Below, in pieces: positions 25,276-34,830 of a stretch of DNA of 64,000 nucleotides. This DNA comes from a virus (taxonomy: Duplodnaviria > Caudoviricetes): positions 1,091 through 65,090 of the IMG/VR virus record IMGVR_UViG_3300032329_000245; one strand, 5' to 3'. The notes beneath the pieces are model-generated. The model was not told the origin of the DNA and searched no databases. It saw only the letters and a list, made by a program, of their open reading frames with translations. Position 1 is the first letter of the stretch. Every line of letters starts with the position of its first letter. The position numbers and the translations under genes are program-made.

Positions 25276-25290
25276 TACTGTCAGACAGTA
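25276..25290. promoter_or_regulatory. Palindrome TACTGTC-A-GACAGTA (copy 14)
   Basis: Exact; 15 bp upstream of the -35; last copy before the late arm. Confidence 0.85.
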
Positions 25291-25573
25291 TATCGAACCC
25301 CATACACCCCTTTTTGGCTTGATGGGACCCGCTCGCACTTCGTGCTGTATTTTGCACAGTACATTACATATTTTTAAATTTACTATACATGTTCAGTTGT
25401 TCATGTATACAAAACACAATAATTTATATATGACCCCACCCCCCTTCAATTTGCGCTAGCCGGTTAACGCAAAAAATATACAAAATACCCCCCGGCATTA
25501 AACAAAAAGAATCCTACCCCCATATAATATTTTTTATGCTATACTTCACGTAACCCCACAAAAAGGTTATAAG

Positions 25574-26197
25574 ATGCCAATAGTCTTACAAACAGAAATA
25601 GGAATACCGTTCCCATTTGATACCCAACCGGAAGAAATTACGGTGTGGCGTGACCGAGCTGCGACAGCAGTAGAAACTATTAAAGAAATTATTAGGCTTG
25701 GTGGCGAAGTTACAATAAAAGAAGATGATAAACAACAAGCACGTGACGTTGCTACAGGTGGTGCTCCCCTAGTTATAAAAGAAAGTAATGCTGGTGCCCT
25801 TGTGCATCTAGAATCCATACTCAGCGAATATGATAAAAGCCTACTTAATGCCGCCGCTAGGTTAAGATCCTACGTAACAAACAAACTCCTACTAGAAACA
25901 ATTGATGAAGATGCTAAGGTGCGTATTAAAGCTCTTGAATTGCTTGGTAAAATTAGTAACGTTGGTTTGTTCAGTGAACGCATTGATATAAATGTAACCC
26001 ATAGAACTGTTGATGAGATAGACGAAGAATTAGATTCTGTACTTGAACAATATTTAGGTCCTGTAGAACGTGTAGAGAAAGCAAAAGAAGAAGACTTAGA
26101 TTTATTGCTTGGTATGACGGATGAAGATCTTGGTATAACAGATGTAGAGTTTAATTTGGAACCGGCAGAAGAACCGGCAAAAAACAATGCCTCTTAG
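25574..26197 (+). CDS. Probable terminase small subunit
   Basis: Directly upstream of and overlapping TerL; VRIKALELLGK...GLFSERIDI pattern. Confidence 0.6.
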   Translation: MPIVLQTEIGIPFPFDTQPEEITVWRDRAATAVETIKEIIRLGGEVTIKEDDKQQARDVATGGAPLVIKESNAGALVHLESILSEYDKSLLNAAARLRSYVTNKLLLETIDEDAKVRIKALELLGKISNVGLFSERIDINVTHRTVDEIDEELDSVLEQYLGPVERVEKAKEEDLDLLLGMTDEDLGITDVEFNLEPAEEPAKNNAS

Positions 26198-27707
26198 TCC
26201 TGAACGCATTGCCCAGCTTAAAAGAAATAAGCATAAGTTACCGGCAGAAGTTAGGGCTAAGGTAAATTACTTATTAGAAGAACGAGTAGACGTTGAACAA
26301 ACTAAACTAGCCAAAGATAACTTCCTGTCTTATGTAAATTATGTATGGCCCGGTTTTATTCATGGCAGACATCATGCAAAGATGGCAGCGGCTTTTGAAA
26401 GAGTAGCTAATGGAACCTGTAAAAGACTTATTATCAACATGCCTCCACGGCATACTAAGAGTGAATTTGCTTCTTACTTGCTTCCTGCTTGGTTCTTGGG
26501 TAAGTTTCCAGAGAAAAAGATTATCCAAACATCCCATACTGCGGAGCTTGCTGTTGGATTTGGACGAAAAGTCCGTAACTTGGTCGACTCAGATGCGTAT
26601 AAACAGATATTCCCAACTGTTGGATTGCAATCTGATTCAAAAGCAGCTGGACGGTGGGCGACTAACAAAGGCGGAGACTATTTTGCTATTGGTATTGGGG
26701 GTGCTGTAACGGGAAAGGGTGCGGATTTGCTCATTATTGACGATCCACACTCGGAACAAGAAGCAACTTTAGCTGAAGTAAACCCAGAAATCTACGATAA
26801 AACCCACGAATGGTACACATCAGGACCACGTCAGCGTCTACAACCGGGTGGGGCTATTGTAATTGTTATGACAAGATGGTCTAAAAAAGACTTGACTGGT
26901 CAGGTTATCAAAAGTGCACAACAAAGAGATGGAGAACAGTGGGAAGTTATTGAATTTCCTGCAATTTTACCTAATAATCAACCACTTTGGCCTGAGTTTT
27001 GGCCTTTAGAACAGTTAGAAGCCCTAAAAAAAGAACTTCCTAGCGGTAAATGGATGGCTCAGTACATGCAGAAGCCAACTTCGGACGTATCTGCGATCAT
27101 AAAACGAGAATGGTGGAAGATTTGGGAAGAAGATGAGCCACCAGAATGTGAATTTGTTATTCAGTCTTGGGATACTGCGTTCTTAAAAACACAAAGGGCT
27201 GACTATTCAGCTTGTACGACATGGGGAGTGTTTTATACATACAACTCAATTACAAAAGCACAAACTGCTAACATTATTCTGCTAAACTCCTATAAGGAGC
27301 GTCTAGAGTTTCCGGAATTAAAACAAAAAGCATTAGAAGAATGGAAAGAATGGGAGCCAGATTCGTTAATCATTGAAGCAAAAGCTGCGGGATCTCCACT
27401 TATTTTTGAGCTTAGGGCTATGGGTATACCCGTACAGGACTTCTCGCCAACTAAAGGTAATGATAAAATTTCTAGACTGAATGCGGTTTCAGATATATTT
27501 GCAAGTGGTAGGGTATGGGTGCCAAGAACAGCTTGGGCAGAAGAGTTAGTTGATGAAGTTGCGTCATTTCCTTCTGGTGAACATGATGACTTGGTGGATT
27601 CGACATCTCAAGCGATAATGAGGTTTAGGCGGGGTGGGTTTATTCGTTTGGATTCAGATGAGCCAGAGGAACAGAAGTATTTTAGACGTAAGAAAGCTTA
27701 CTATTAA
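26187..27707 (+). CDS. terL: Terminase large subunit
   Basis: INMPPRHTKS (Walker A), LLIIDDPH (Walker B), QSWDTA...DYSA...HDDLVDS RNase H motifs. Confidence 0.95.
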   Translation: MPLSPERIAQLKRNKHKLPAEVRAKVNYLLEERVDVEQTKLAKDNFLSYVNYVWPGFIHGRHHAKMAAAFERVANGTCKRLIINMPPRHTKSEFASYLLPAWFLGKFPEKKIIQTSHTAELAVGFGRKVRNLVDSDAYKQIFPTVGLQSDSKAAGRWATNKGGDYFAIGIGGAVTGKGADLLIIDDPHSEQEATLAEVNPEIYDKTHEWYTSGPRQRLQPGGAIVIVMTRWSKKDLTGQVIKSAQQRDGEQWEVIEFPAILPNNQPLWPEFWPLEQLEALKKELPSGKWMAQYMQKPTSDVSAIIKREWWKIWEEDEPPECEFVIQSWDTAFLKTQRADYSACTTWGVFYTYNSITKAQTANIILLNSYKERLEFPELKQKALEEWKEWEPDSLIIEAKAAGSPLIFELRAMGIPVQDFSPTKGNDKISRLNAVSDIFASGRVWVPRTAWAEELVDEVASFPSGEHDDLVDSTSQAIMRFRRGGFIRLDSDEPEEQKYFRRKKAYY

Positions 27708-27717
27708 GGAATAAATT

Positions 27718-30273
27718 ATGGCAATAGATAAATCGTTAAATCGGGCCCCACAGGGATTAGATAGTTTATTAGAGGACGAGGCGGCAGCTGGTCCGGATAT
27801 TGAGATAGAAATTGAAGATCCAGAGGCAGTAGAGATTGGTGTTGATGGTAAGCCTATATTAAGAGTAGAAAAAGGCGAAGAAGAGGAAGAAGGCTTTGGT
27901 GATAACTTAGCTGAGTATTTAGATGAGGCAATATTGCAAGATATTGCTAGTCAGTTGACAGAAGAGTTTGATGAAGACGTTGCTTCCCGTAAAGATTGGA
28001 TACAAACGTACGTTGATGGCTTAGAGTTACTAGGTCTTAAGATTGAAGAAAGAAGTGAGCCGTGGGAAGGTGCTTGTGGTGTGTACCACCCCATCCTAGC
28101 AGAAGCTGTTGTTAAGTTCCAAGCAGAGACTATGATGTCAATGTTCCCAGCAGCTGGTCCAGTAAAGACTCAGATTATTGGTAAAGAAACCCCAGAGAAA
28201 AAAGAAGCTGCTATTCGTGTTCAAGATGATATGAACTATCAGTTAATGGATGTTATGAAAGAGTACCGCCCTGAGCATGAGAGAATGTTATGGGGATTAG
28301 GGCTTGCTGGTAATGCGTTCAAGAAAGTATATTATGATGAGCACCTGCAACGTCAGGTTAGTATGTTCATACCTGCGGAAGATTTAGTTGTTCCTTACGG
28401 TGCTTCTAACTTAGAAAGCGCTCCTCGTGTAACGCATGTGATGCGTAAGAGCGAGAATGAGATGCGTAGACTTCAAGTATCTGGGTTTTATTTAGATATT
28501 GATCTAGGGGCTCCGGCTAATACTCTGGATGAAGTAGAAAAGAAGATCGCTGAAAAAATGGGCTTTAGAGCTACAACAGATGATCGCTTTAAGTTACTAG
28601 AAATGCATGTAGACCTAGATATTCCGGGGTTTGAGCATGAAGATGAAGACGGTAAGCCAACAGGGATTGCGCTTCCTTATGTTGTGACTATCGAGAAAGG
28701 GACTAATAATGTTTTATCTATTAGACGAAATTGGAAAGAAGACGATGAGAATTATCAAAAGCGTCAACACTTTGTTCACTACGGTTACATTCCGGGATTT
28801 GGGTTCTATTATTTCGGTCTTATTCATCTTATTGGTGCTTTTGCCAAGTCTGGCACTTCCCTTATTCGTCAATTGGTCGACGCTGGGACGCTATCTAACT
28901 TGCCCGGTGGTTTCAAGACACGTGGTTTGCGAGTTAAAGGAGATGACACACCGATAGCTCCGGGAGAATTTAGAGACGTTGATGTACCTAGTGGGTCTAT
29001 TAAAGATAACTTATTGCCACTACCATATAAAGAACCTTCACAAGTATTGATGGCTTTGCTTGGACAAATTGTGGAAGAAGGGAGACGCTTTGCAAATACA
29101 GCAGACTTACAAGTGTCAGACATGTCGGCAGCCGCACCTGTGGGAACTACTCTGGCTATCTTGGAACGTACACTTAAGGTTATGTCCGCAGTACAGGCTA
29201 GAATCTACTACTCAATGCAACAAGAATTGGGATTGCTCAAAGAGATAATTGCCGAGTACACACCAGAAGAATATAACTACGAACCAGAATCAGGTGGTAG
29301 AAAAGCTAAGCAGTCTGACTACCACAACGTTGATGTTATTCCGGTCAGTGATCCTAACGCTGCTACTATGGCACAAAAGATTACTCAATACCAAGCAGTC
29401 TTGCAATTGGCTCAGTCAGCACCACAGCTTTACAACATGCCATTACTCCATCGTCAGATGCTTGATGTGTTGGGAGTTAAGAATGCACAAAAACTTATCC
29501 CTCTTGATGAAGATCAGAAACCGACTGATCCAGTTACAGAAAACCAGAATGTGCTAATGATGAAGCCGGTTAAAGCGTTCCAATATCAAAACCATCAGGC
29601 GCATATTCAAGTTCATATGTCCGCTATGCATGATCCTAAGATTATGCAGTTGTTGCAAAACAACCCAATGGCTCCGCAATTACAAGCGGCTATGATGGCA
29701 CACGTTAATGAGCATTTAGGGTTTGAGTATAGGATTCAGATTGAACAGCAGCTTGGGATGACATTACCTCCGCAAAAAGATGAATCTGGCGAAGATATTC
29801 CTATGGACCCACAAGTTGAATCTAGGTTGGCTCCGTTGTTGGCTCAAGCTTCTCAACAGCTCTTACAGAAGAATCAATCTGAAATTGCACAACAGAAAGT
29901 TCAACAGCAGCAACAAGATCCAATTATTCAAATGCAACAACAAGAATTGGCGATTAAACAAGCTGAGCAAAAACGCAAGGCTGATAAAGACGCAGCTGAT
30001 ATTGCACTCAAGAAATCGCAACAAGATATTGAGCGCAAGCGTATCGGTGCCCAAACAGCAATGGAAACATTAAAAACCAAAGCTAATATGGACAAAGAAA
30101 AACTGCAAATGGGTATGGAGCTAGTGCATAAGATTTCTGATCAGCACCACGAACATGCTAAGCAAAGTAAAGACCACGCCCATGATCAAATAAACAAAGG
30201 GCGAGATCGGCTAAATCAGCTACATGATTTGGCTAACAAACCAGAAGTACCCCCAAAAACTAAAGGAGAATAA
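27718..30273 (+). CDS. Portal protein (P22-like)
   Basis: 851 aa after TerL; GNAFKKVYYD, GFYYFGLIHL; Gln-rich coiled-coil barrel at the C-terminus. Confidence 0.88.
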   Translation: MAIDKSLNRAPQGLDSLLEDEAAAGPDIEIEIEDPEAVEIGVDGKPILRVEKGEEEEEGFGDNLAEYLDEAILQDIASQLTEEFDEDVASRKDWIQTYVDGLELLGLKIEERSEPWEGACGVYHPILAEAVVKFQAETMMSMFPAAGPVKTQIIGKETPEKKEAAIRVQDDMNYQLMDVMKEYRPEHERMLWGLGLAGNAFKKVYYDEHLQRQVSMFIPAEDLVVPYGASNLESAPRVTHVMRKSENEMRRLQVSGFYLDIDLGAPANTLDEVEKKIAEKMGFRATTDDRFKLLEMHVDLDIPGFEHEDEDGKPTGIALPYVVTIEKGTNNVLSIRRNWKEDDENYQKRQHFVHYGYIPGFGFYYFGLIHLIGAFAKSGTSLIRQLVDAGTLSNLPGGFKTRGLRVKGDDTPIAPGEFRDVDVPSGSIKDNLLPLPYKEPSQVLMALLGQIVEEGRRFANTADLQVSDMSAAAPVGTTLAILERTLKVMSAVQARIYYSMQQELGLLKEIIAEYTPEEYNYEPESGGRKAKQSDYHNVDVIPVSDPNAATMAQKITQYQAVLQLAQSAPQLYNMPLLHRQMLDVLGVKNAQKLIPLDEDQKPTDPVTENQNVLMMKPVKAFQYQNHQAHIQVHMSAMHDPKIMQLLQNNPMAPQLQAAMMAHVNEHLGFEYRIQIEQQLGMTLPPQKDESGEDIPMDPQVESRLAPLLAQASQQLLQKNQSEIAQQKVQQQQQDPIIQMQQQELAIKQAEQKRKADKDAADIALKKSQQDIERKRIGAQTAMETLKTKANMDKEKLQMGMELVHKISDQHHEHAKQSKDHAHDQINKGRDRLNQLHDLANKPEVPPKTKGE

Positions 30274-30464
30274 TGGATAACACCCTAGATTATTTGTTAC
30301 GAGAGTACAAAGACCGCATGACTATGCTACAAGATGCAGTGTTGCGTGGTAATTGTCCAACTATCGAAGAATATCGTTACATATGTGGTCAGCTACGAGG
30401 TCTCGAAGCCGCATGTGCCGTAATTGAAGACCTCACAAAAAGAATGGAGAACTCGGATGAGTGA
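30273..30464 (+). CDS. Small hypothetical protein
   Basis: EEYRYICGQLRGL motif; coupled to the portal gene. Confidence 0.65.
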   Translation: MDNTLDYLLREYKDRMTMLQDAVLRGNCPTIEEYRYICGQLRGLEAACAVIEDLTKRMENSDE

Positions 30465-30876
30465 AATCCTTATTGGTTCAAACCCCAATAACCCAGAAGT
30501 AGTAGGTGTAGTAAATTTCGAAGCTTCAGACGCAGAGAAAGCAAAGCAACTTCCAAAGCCATCAGGATACAGAATCTTATGTGCAATACCAGAAGTTGAA
30601 AAGGAATATGATAGCGGTCTTTTAAAAGCTGATCAGACTATGCATTACGAAGAATTGTTAACCACAGTACTCTTTGTAGTGGATTTAGGACCAGATTGTT
30701 ATAAAGACCTAACTCGTTTTCCTAGTGGGCCTTGGTGCAAGCAAGGCGATTTTATCTTAGTTAGACCAAATGCGGGTACAAGACTAGTTATTCACGGTAA
30801 AGAATTCAGAATTATTAATGATGATTCTGTTGAAGCCGTAGTCGATGACCCGCGTGGTATTAAACGCAAATCTTAA
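30457..30876 (+). CDS. groES: GroES-like co-chaperonin (likely start MSEILI)
   Basis: PKPSGYRIL, GLL, VVDLGPD, GDFIL...GT...GKEFRIINDDSVEAVV. Confidence 0.8.
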   Translation: MSEILIGSNPNNPEVVGVVNFEASDAEKAKQLPKPSGYRILCAIPEVEKEYDSGLLKADQTMHYEELLTTVLFVVDLGPDCYKDLTRFPSGPWCKQGDFILVRPNAGTRLVIHGKEFRIINDDSVEAVVDDPRGIKRKS

Positions 30877-30888
30877 GGAGCCTTCAAA

Positions 30889-31836
30889 ATGGCAAATGAT
30901 TCATTTAAATTTCCAGACGAGCTGGAAGAAGACAACACAGTAGCTATTAGTAAAGCAAACGATAATTTTGATATTGATATTGAAATTGAGGACGATACTC
31001 CACCAGAGGACCGTAACCGCCAACCAATGCCAAAAGAAATTGTTGAGTCGCTGGATAAAGACGAACTTGATAAGTATGATGAAGAAGTACAAGAAAAACT
31101 TAAACAAGCTCGTAAAATCTACCACGATGAACGTAGAGAGAAAGAACAAGCTAGTAGAGAACGACAGGCAGCAATAGACTATGCTAAACAAGTAGCTGAA
31201 GAAAATAAACGTTTAAAATCAACACTTTATTCCGGTGAAAAAGAATACGTAGAAAGTATTCAAACTACCGCTGGCTTAGAAGTCCAGATGGCTAAACGTG
31301 CTTATAAAGAAGCTTATGATGCAGGTGATTCTGATGCTTTGTTGGAGGCTCAACAAAACTTAATGGATGCGCAGTTAAAACTTGACAGAGCAAAAAACTT
31401 TAAGCTACCCCCTTTACAAAAGGAAGAATTTAGTGTACAACGTGAAATAGAGCCGCAGGTACAAGTAGCAACACCTGATAACCGTGCAAGAGTGTGGCAA
31501 GAGCGCAATTCATGGTTTGGTCAAGATGAAGAAATGACAGCAACAGCGTTGGGTTTACATGAAAAACTTAGACGCAACGGGGTTGTAGTTGGTTCAGATG
31601 AGTATTATTCTACATTGGACAAGACAATGAGGAAGAGGTTTCCAGAACAGTTTGAGGAACCTGAAGAAGTAAAGCAAAAAGTTGAGAAACCAAAATCCTC
31701 GACAATTGTTGCTCCAGCAGTTCGAAGTACGGCATCAAACAAAATAAAGCTGAAATCGAGCCAAGTTCTAATCGCAAAAAAATTAGGGCTTACACCTGAG
31801 CAATATGCTATTGAAGCAAGAAAATTGGAGTCTTAA
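30889..31836 (+). CDS. Probable capsid scaffolding protein
   Basis: Acidic coiled coil between portal and capsid; C-terminal AKKLGLTPEQYA. Confidence 0.65.
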   Translation: MANDSFKFPDELEEDNTVAISKANDNFDIDIEIEDDTPPEDRNRQPMPKEIVESLDKDELDKYDEEVQEKLKQARKIYHDERREKEQASRERQAAIDYAKQVAEENKRLKSTLYSGEKEYVESIQTTAGLEVQMAKRAYKEAYDAGDSDALLEAQQNLMDAQLKLDRAKNFKLPPLQKEEFSVQREIEPQVQVATPDNRARVWQERNSWFGQDEEMTATALGLHEKLRRNGVVVGSDEYYSTLDKTMRKRFPEQFEEPEEVKQKVEKPKSSTIVAPAVRSTASNKIKLKSSQVLIAKKLGLTPEQYAIEARKLES

Positions 31837-32280
31837 ATGAATAAATTAGATCGTGAATTACAGAACCGTGAATTAAGTGAGCGTCCTAAACAGTGGCGTC
31901 CCCCTGAACTTCTCCCTGAGCCTGACAAACAAGCTGGTTTTGCATATCGCTGGATTCGTGTTTCAACACTAACTAATGCCGACCCAAGAAATATGTCTGC
32001 CAAATTCCGTGAGGGATGGGAACCTGTTAGTATTGAAGAACAACCAAAATTTAGACTGTTAGCCAATCAAGAAGGTCGTTTTAAAGACAATATTGAAATT
32101 GGCGGGCTATTGCTCTGCAAAACCCCAGAAGAGTTTGTTGATCAGCGTACGAAATATTATGACAATCAAACACAAGCTCAGACGGAAGCCGTAGACAATA
32201 GTTTAATGCGTCAAAGTGATCCTAGAATGCCAATCTTTAATGAGCGGAAATCTACGACCACATTTGGCAAAGGTACTTAA
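31837..32280 (+). CDS. Head-module hypothetical protein
   Basis: YRWIR...GWEPV...IGGLLLCKTP. Confidence 0.7.
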   Translation: MNKLDRELQNRELSERPKQWRPPELLPEPDKQAGFAYRWIRVSTLTNADPRNMSAKFREGWEPVSIEEQPKFRLLANQEGRFKDNIEIGGLLLCKTPEEFVDQRTKYYDNQTQAQTEAVDNSLMRQSDPRMPIFNERKSTTTFGKGT

Positions 32281-32301
32281 ACTTTTTTAATGGAGAATTA
32301 A

Positions 32302-33150
32302 ATGGCTTATCCTATCGTTAGTGCGCCTTACGGCATTAAGCCCGTTAATTTGATCGGTGGTCAAGTATTTGCTGGGTCTACACGCAATTTGCCTATAGCC
32401 TACAATTACGGAACCGCTATCTATTACGGTGATCCTGTGCAGTTATCTGCTGGTTACGTTGTTATCGCCCCGGGCGGTGCATCTTTAACTGGCGCTTCAT
32501 ATCTCAAAGCTACCGTTGGTATCTTTTTGGGATGTTATTACACCAACCCAACTACTAAGCAACGTCAATATGCTCAGTACTATCCTGGCAACGTATTAGC
32601 TGGCGATATCACTGCTATTGTTGCTGATGATCCAGATCAAGTGTTCCAAGTTGCAGTTACAAACTCAGCTTCTGGAACAACAATCTCATCAATCCCGCAA
32701 GGTATGGTTGGTAACAACTTAGCTGGTAATACTTTAACTGGCTCTGCGTCTACTGGTAACTCTTCTGCTGCTGTGATTGCTTCTGCAACTACAACTGCTA
32801 TTGGTTCAGGTGGTGTATGGCGTATTATGCAGTTAGTTCCTGATACACAAATTAGCACTTCAGCTACTTATGTTTCTGGTGCTACCACAACTTCATTGGT
32901 TGTTTCTGGTTTAACAGTAGGGCAAGTAATCCCTGTTGGTACAGATATTTTCCAATTGGTTAACGGTCAGTTACAGAGTATCGTATCAGTAGTAACAACC
33001 GCAGCAACCGTCACGACAACAGGCAGTACAACATTGACAGTTACAGCTTCATCCGTAACACCGTCAGCTAGTGCTACTCTTGTTTTAGTTCAAACCCCAG
33101 AAGTGCTCGTGAAATTCAATCAAGGTGTTCACGACTACTACTCAGCTTAA
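32302..33150 (+). CDS. Capsid-associated (decoration/cement-like) protein
   Basis: Beta-rich, strong SD, immediately before the major capsid gene. Confidence 0.55.
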   Translation: MAYPIVSAPYGIKPVNLIGGQVFAGSTRNLPIAYNYGTAIYYGDPVQLSAGYVVIAPGGASLTGASYLKATVGIFLGCYYTNPTTKQRQYAQYYPGNVLAGDITAIVADDPDQVFQVAVTNSASGTTISSIPQGMVGNNLAGNTLTGSASTGNSSAAVIASATTTAIGSGGVWRIMQLVPDTQISTSATYVSGATTTSLVVSGLTVGQVIPVGTDIFQLVNGQLQSIVSVVTTAATVTTTGSTTLTVTASSVTPSASATLVLVQTPEVLVKFNQGVHDYYSA

Positions 33151-33166
33151 TCTAGGAGATATTTAA

Positions 33167-34075
33167 ATGGCTATTTCTCGTGCACAACTACTGAAAGAGT
33201 TGCTCCCCGGATTGAATGCTTTGTTCGGTTTGGAGTATGCTCGTTATGGTGAAGAACATAAAGAGATTTATGAAACAGAAACCTCTGAGCGTTCTTTTGA
33301 AGAAGAAACAAAACTGTCTGGTTTCTCAGCAGCACCTGTTAAAAACGAAGGTCAAGCTATTCGTTACGACAATGCGCAAGAAGCATGGACAGCTCGCTAT
33401 AACCACGAAACTATTGCCCTTGGCTTTAGCTTGACTGAAGAAGCAATTGAAGATAACCTCTACGATTCTTTATCAGCTCGCTATACTAAAGGCTTGGCTC
33501 GTGCGATGGCTTACACTAAGCAAGTTAAGGCTGCTGCTGTAATTAACAACGGCTTTAACAACGGTTATCAAGGCGGTGACGGTGTTTCATTATTTAACAC
33601 TTCACATCCATTGATTAACGGTGCTACTAACGGAAACACTCCAACCACTGCTGCTGACTTGAATGAAACTTCTTTAGAGAATGCTGTTATTCAAATCGCT
33701 GCATGGACTGATGAGCGTGGATTGTTAATTGCTGCTAAACCTAAGAAGTTAATTGTTCCACCTGCACTACAGTTCGTTGCTACTCGTTTGTTAGAGACAG
33801 AACTCCGTGTTGGTACAACTGATAACGATATTAACGCTATCAAGAACAATGGTTCTATCCCTGAAGGTTACACAATCAATCACTTCTTGACCGATACAAA
33901 CGGTTGGTATTTGACTACTGATGTACCTAACGGTATGAAGCACTTTGAGCGTACTCCTTTGCAGAACAGCATGGACGGCGACTTTGATACAGGTAACGTA
34001 CGTTACAAGTCTCGTGAGCGTTATTCATTCGGCTGGTCTGATCCATTAGGTATGTACGGATCACCCGGAGCTTAA
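33167..34075 (+). CDS. Major capsid protein (HK97 fold; Mu gpT-like, from memory)
   Basis: 302 aa, high-expression codon bias, KPKKLIVPPAL, followed by a terminator. Confidence 0.8.
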   Translation: MAISRAQLLKELLPGLNALFGLEYARYGEEHKEIYETETSERSFEEETKLSGFSAAPVKNEGQAIRYDNAQEAWTARYNHETIALGFSLTEEAIEDNLYDSLSARYTKGLARAMAYTKQVKAAAVINNGFNNGYQGGDGVSLFNTSHPLINGATNGNTPTTAADLNETSLENAVIQIAAWTDERGLLIAAKPKKLIVPPALQFVATRLLETELRVGTTDNDINAIKNNGSIPEGYTINHFLTDTNGWYLTTDVPNGMKHFERTPLQNSMDGDFDTGNVRYKSRERYSFGWSDPLGMYGSPGA

Positions 34076-34094
34076 TACCTTAAGCGCCTATAAG

Positions 34095-34124
34095 AACCCG
34101 CTCACAAGGCGGGTTTTTTCTTTT
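34095..34124 (+). terminator. Intrinsic terminator after the capsid gene
   Basis: AACCCGC/GCGGGTT stem followed by a T-rich tail. Confidence 0.85.
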
Positions 34125-34153
34125 ATAAATCAAGTATTTAAAATTATTATGTA

Positions 34154-34182
34154 TTGTCATAATCTCTGAGGTATTATATAAA
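34154..34182 (+). promoter_or_regulatory. Possible sigma70 promoter for the inserted block
   Basis: TTGTCA-17bp-TATAAA. Confidence 0.45.
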
Positions 34183-34217
34183 TACAGCGTTTTGCTGGAC
34201 TAATTTTGGAGAATTTT

Positions 34218-34460
34218 ATGATTATGACATTTGAATTTAATGGTCAGCGTATTACTTTTAATCTTTTAGATTTTGAAATTTTTATTGATGGTCTAGATGA
34301 TGAAATTGAACCAGCAGAGGCAAATGAAGAAGTCGAAATGTTTGAGTTAGATGACTACGATATTAATGAGGATGAAGATGGTACTAAATGGTTTTATGAT
34401 GAAGACTACAATCTTTATGTCTATGATGAAGAGCATAATGTTTGGGTTTTAGAAGAGTAA
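34218..34460 (+). CDS. Highly acidic 80-aa protein (DNA-mimic candidate)
   Basis: 28 D/E, 1 K and 1 R; SD GGAG at 34208. Confidence 0.6.
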   Translation: MIMTFEFNGQRITFNLLDFEIFIDGLDDEIEPAEANEEVEMFELDDYDINEDEDGTKWFYDEDYNLYVYDEEHNVWVLEE

Positions 34461-34485
34461 CCGAGGCCCGCTCTGCGGGCTTTAT

Positions 34486-34830
34486 ATGCATATCACACCA
34501 AAAGTTCTAGAAGCAGTTTATATAATGCTGTGCAATGTTAAGCCTTTTAGTGGGTGGAAGTTACCTTGCCCGGAAGAAATTAAATTTACTGTAACTACAG
34601 ACGAGGATGCATTAGGCACATACATATTTAATGATGATGAAGATATGCATGAAATAACTATTAGCAAAGCTAAATGTGCGCACCTAGATACATGCATAAA
34701 AACTATGGCGCATGAGATTATCCATATGACTAGAGGAAAGACTAGTAAGTATGCAGCGCACGATGCTTGTTTTAGACGTAAAGCTATTGCTGTGGCGCTG
34801 GAGTTGGGGTTTGATCCCTTAGAGCTTTAG
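34486..34830 (+). CDS. SprT-like zincin metallopeptidase
   Basis: TMAHEIIHM (HEXXH)...HDACF. Confidence 0.65.
   Translation: MHITPKVLEAVYIMLCNVKPFSGWKLPCPEEIKFTVTTDEDALGTYIFNDDEDMHEITISKAKCAHLDTCIKTMAHEIIHMTRGKTSKYAAHDACFRRKAIAVALELGFDPLEL

Noticed and set aside
7207-25290. Palindromes as a CRISPR array or as canonical LexA (SOS) boxes
   Set aside because: Spacing is irregular (130 bp to >4 kb) and several copies are inside genes, so this is not an array. The CTGT-ACAG spacer is 3 bp, not the 8 bp that LexA requires.
25345-25359. CTGT-N7-ACAG near the divergence point as an SOS box
   Set aside because: One base short of the N8 spacing and a single occurrence.
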